A stretch of DNA of 61,424 nucleotides from an uncultured Verrucomicrobiales bacterium (GTDB lineage Bacteria; Verrucomicrobiota; Verrucomicrobiia; Verrucomicrobiales; DEV007). Location of the stretch: assembly GCA_938091905.1 (NCBI GenBank), contig CALKOM010000093.1, positions 1-61,424 on the forward strand. Reading direction: 5' to 3'. Each line of letters starts with the position of its first letter. The first letter of the stretch is position 1. Below the pieces are notes generated by a model. It worked only from the letters and a program-made list of their open reading frames with translations, was not told where the DNA came from and ran no database searches. Shown here one piece after another: positions 59,724-61,424 of this stretch. The position numbers and the translations under genes were made by a program.

Positions 59724-60880
59724 AGGACACTATCCATTTGTTCAATCGCCTGCTTTTGAACAGACACATCAAGATGCGTGTAGCGCTGATGGATTTCGTC
59801 CGAGGACTGCTCTACCACTTTTTTCCGCACGTCCAACGAAACCCCAGCATTCGCTAAATTAGAGATGAACGTATGCCTCATCGAATGAAAGCTCAGCGCA
59901 TTGAACTGTCGGCCTTTCCCGGACTTCTTGTCGCCAGGTTCGGCATCGATCTTCGCTTCCCGCATCAGTCGACCAAAGCGGTTCGACAAGCCTCCATGAC
60001 TCCCCGAGGTCAATCCGGAGAGCGTTGGAAACAGCGGTTGGCTCGGCTCATCACCCGCCGGAAGGTCCAAGAAATACTTAATTAAATCTAAATGAACATA
60101 GATGATCGTCTCGCGATCACAGCGCTTTGCCCGCCTTGATGTCTTCTCGGCCTCAAATCGAAGAACGTTCTCTTGAAGGTCAAGATTCTCCCAGGTTAAA
60201 TTCGCGGCGTCATGCAGGCGAATGCCCGTATGGAAACCTAGCAAGATCATGCCGCGCCACTCCTGGTCCGCCACTTTCAAAAGGGCCGCCACCTGTTCAC
60301 GGGAGAATGTATTCTTCTCCTCAGCGTCTGCTTGCAGCAGCTCTACCGCTTCTGCGGGATTGCTCAGCGCTAATCCACGTCGGCGGGCCGTATTGAAAAC
60401 CGCCTTTAGCACGCGAACCGCGTGATTGGCCGTGGTTGCCGACTTGCCGAGCTTAATCTGGTGGTCACGAAATCGCTCGATCTCCGTTGGGACGACCGCC
60501 TTTATTCCACCCTGGGCTCGATGCTTACCGATGAAATCCAGAAAGCCTCGAAGCACTGGTCGATACCGGGCCACGGTCGTCGGCGCTTTCCCAACCGTTG
60601 CTTTCGATTCCAGCCACTCTTCAAAAAAATCCGAAACCGACTGCACTTGGATAGCCTCACCTGTCGTTCTCTCAGACATTTCGCTAAGAGTCTTCAACAC
60701 AGCCGTCTGAGTAAGTTCACCTTGCCGAGCCTTCACGGCAGCATCCTCCCAAGTCATCACAACTCGCATCGCATCACGCCGATTTCGCTGCTTGGTTGAC
60801 CTCATTCGGACGACGCCTTGGTCATCCCGAAACTTCCCCATCCAGTATGGACTGTTAGGTTTTTGACTAACCGATGCCAT
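59720..60880 (-). CDS. int: Tyrosine recombinase/integrase
   Basis: HTGIRLHDA (R), KT (K), FHSMRHTF (HxxR), HQRYTH (Y); adjacent to att. Confidence 0.95.
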   Translation of the reverse strand: MASVSQKPNSPYWMGKFRDDQGVVRMRSTKQRNRRDAMRVVMTWEDAAVKARQGELTQTAVLKTLSEMSERTTGEAIQVQSVSDFFEEWLESKATVGKAPTTVARYRPVLRGFLDFIGKHRAQGGIKAVVPTEIERFRDHQIKLGKSATTANHAVRVLKAVFNTARRRGLALSNPAEAVELLQADAEEKNTFSREQVAALLKVADQEWRGMILLGFHTGIRLHDAANLTWENLDLQENVLRFEAEKTSRRAKRCDRETIIYVHLDLIKYFLDLPAGDEPSQPLFPTLSGLTSGSHGGLSNRFGRLMREAKIDAEPGDKKSGKGRQFNALSFHSMRHTFISNLANAGVSLDVRKKVVEQSSDEIHQRYTHLDVSVQKQAIEQMDSVL

Positions 60881-61016
60881 TATTAGTGCTCCGTAAGTTT
60901 CAGCTTAATGTTATTCCCGAAAATTAGTTCTACCATCCACCCTCGTTTGTCAACGTCCTCTGACGACTAAAACACTTAAAAATTAGACTTAATCTGCCAT
61001 CTGACGCAGACGGATA

Positions 61017-61050
61017 GAAACCCTTGTTCTATCCGTTGAACTACGGGGAC
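61017..61050 (-). repeat. att site: duplicated 5' 34 nt of tRNA-Arg(CCU)
   Basis: GAAACCCTTGTTCTATCCGTTGAACTACGGGGAC, identical to 51999-52032. Confidence 0.95.
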
Positions 61051-61172
61051 ATTGGTTAATCTTAGAAATCTACCAGAAGAGCGGGGTCGTCCACTGATTT
61101 TCACTCGGCTTTGCGGGATCGAGGCACTGTATGATGGCCATGGATGAGAAAGCTATCTAGGATCTGGGGTCT

Positions 61173-61424
61173 ATGCGTCAGTTCCCTCTCTTCTTCTTAG
61201 CTCTATCTTGTAGTTCGCTCTTCGCTGCGAAACCGAACATTGTGATGATCATGGCTGATGACTTGGGCTACGAGTGTTTAGGGGCCAATGGAGGAACGTC
61301 TTACAAGACACCAGTGCTGGATCAAATGGCGAAGGAGGGGATGCGTTTTGAGCATTGTTATTCGCAGCCGATTTGTACACCTTCGCGGGTGAAGTTGATG
61401 ACCGGAATCGCTAACATCCGGAAC
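61173..61424 (+). CDS. Sulfatase (formylglycine-dependent), partial
   Basis: Manual translation: signal peptide, [24 protein letters not shown]; runs off the window end. Confidence 0.92.
   Translation, partial: MRQFPLFFLALSCSSLFAAKPNIVMIMADDLGYECLGANGGTSYKTPVLDQMAKEGMRFEHCYSQPICTPSRVKLMTGIANIRN

Larger units (their letters stand above)
51999..61050. mobile_element. ~9 kb integrative element (PICI/phage-satellite-like) at tRNA-Arg(CCU)
   Basis: 34-bp perfect direct repeats at 51999-52032 and 61017-61050; tyrosine integrase, AlpA-like, primase-like and DUF3987 genes; no capsid, tail or conjugation genes recognised. Confidence 0.92.

Noticed and set aside
61017..61050. Second tRNA gene
   Set aside because: Only nt 1-34 are present; no T arm or CCA end
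51999..61050. Complete prophage or ICE
   Set aside because: No capsid, portal, large terminase, tail, relaxase or T4SS genes recognised in 9 kb

Overview
This is a bacterial chromosomal window, probably from Verrucomicrobia (inferred from the DUF1549/1553-DUF1501 pair, the sulfatase, the secreted CotH/LamG proteins and the nusA operon lacking rimP). Much of it is housekeeping: carB; folC-accD-comF-tatC-argH-fur; nusA-infB-rbfA-nrnA-truB-ribF-ugd; and a sulfate-assimilation cluster cysI-cysH-cysK / rrf2 / cysC-cysD-cysN. Four things stand out. (1) A gene divergent from cysI (33720..34457, minus strand) encodes a signal peptide, then two in-frame TGA codons in a U-V-M-U (CxxC-like) motif with a SECIS-like hairpin, then a beta-barrel-like domain. 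It is a candidate secreted diselenide selenoprotein that the ORF track truncates. (2) Both neighbours of CysK (CysH and the Rrf2/CymR-like regulator) end in CysE-like C-terminal Ile tails, and a candidate Rrf2 operator lies between cysI and the selenoprotein gene. (3) A ~9 kb PICI/satellite-like island is integrated at tRNA-Arg(CCU) and duplicates the 5' half of the tRNA. It carries an integrase, AlpA-like protein, primase-like protein, DUF3987 protein, a tandem Nu1-like HTH protein, arm-site and ori-like repeats, and a Tat-exported flavin oxidase as cargo. (4) There is an XPB helicase/DUF790 (Bax1-like) pair and several pseudogenes (an ECF sigma factor and a Gly-rich LamG protein). All family calls come from motif recognition by eye; no searches were run.
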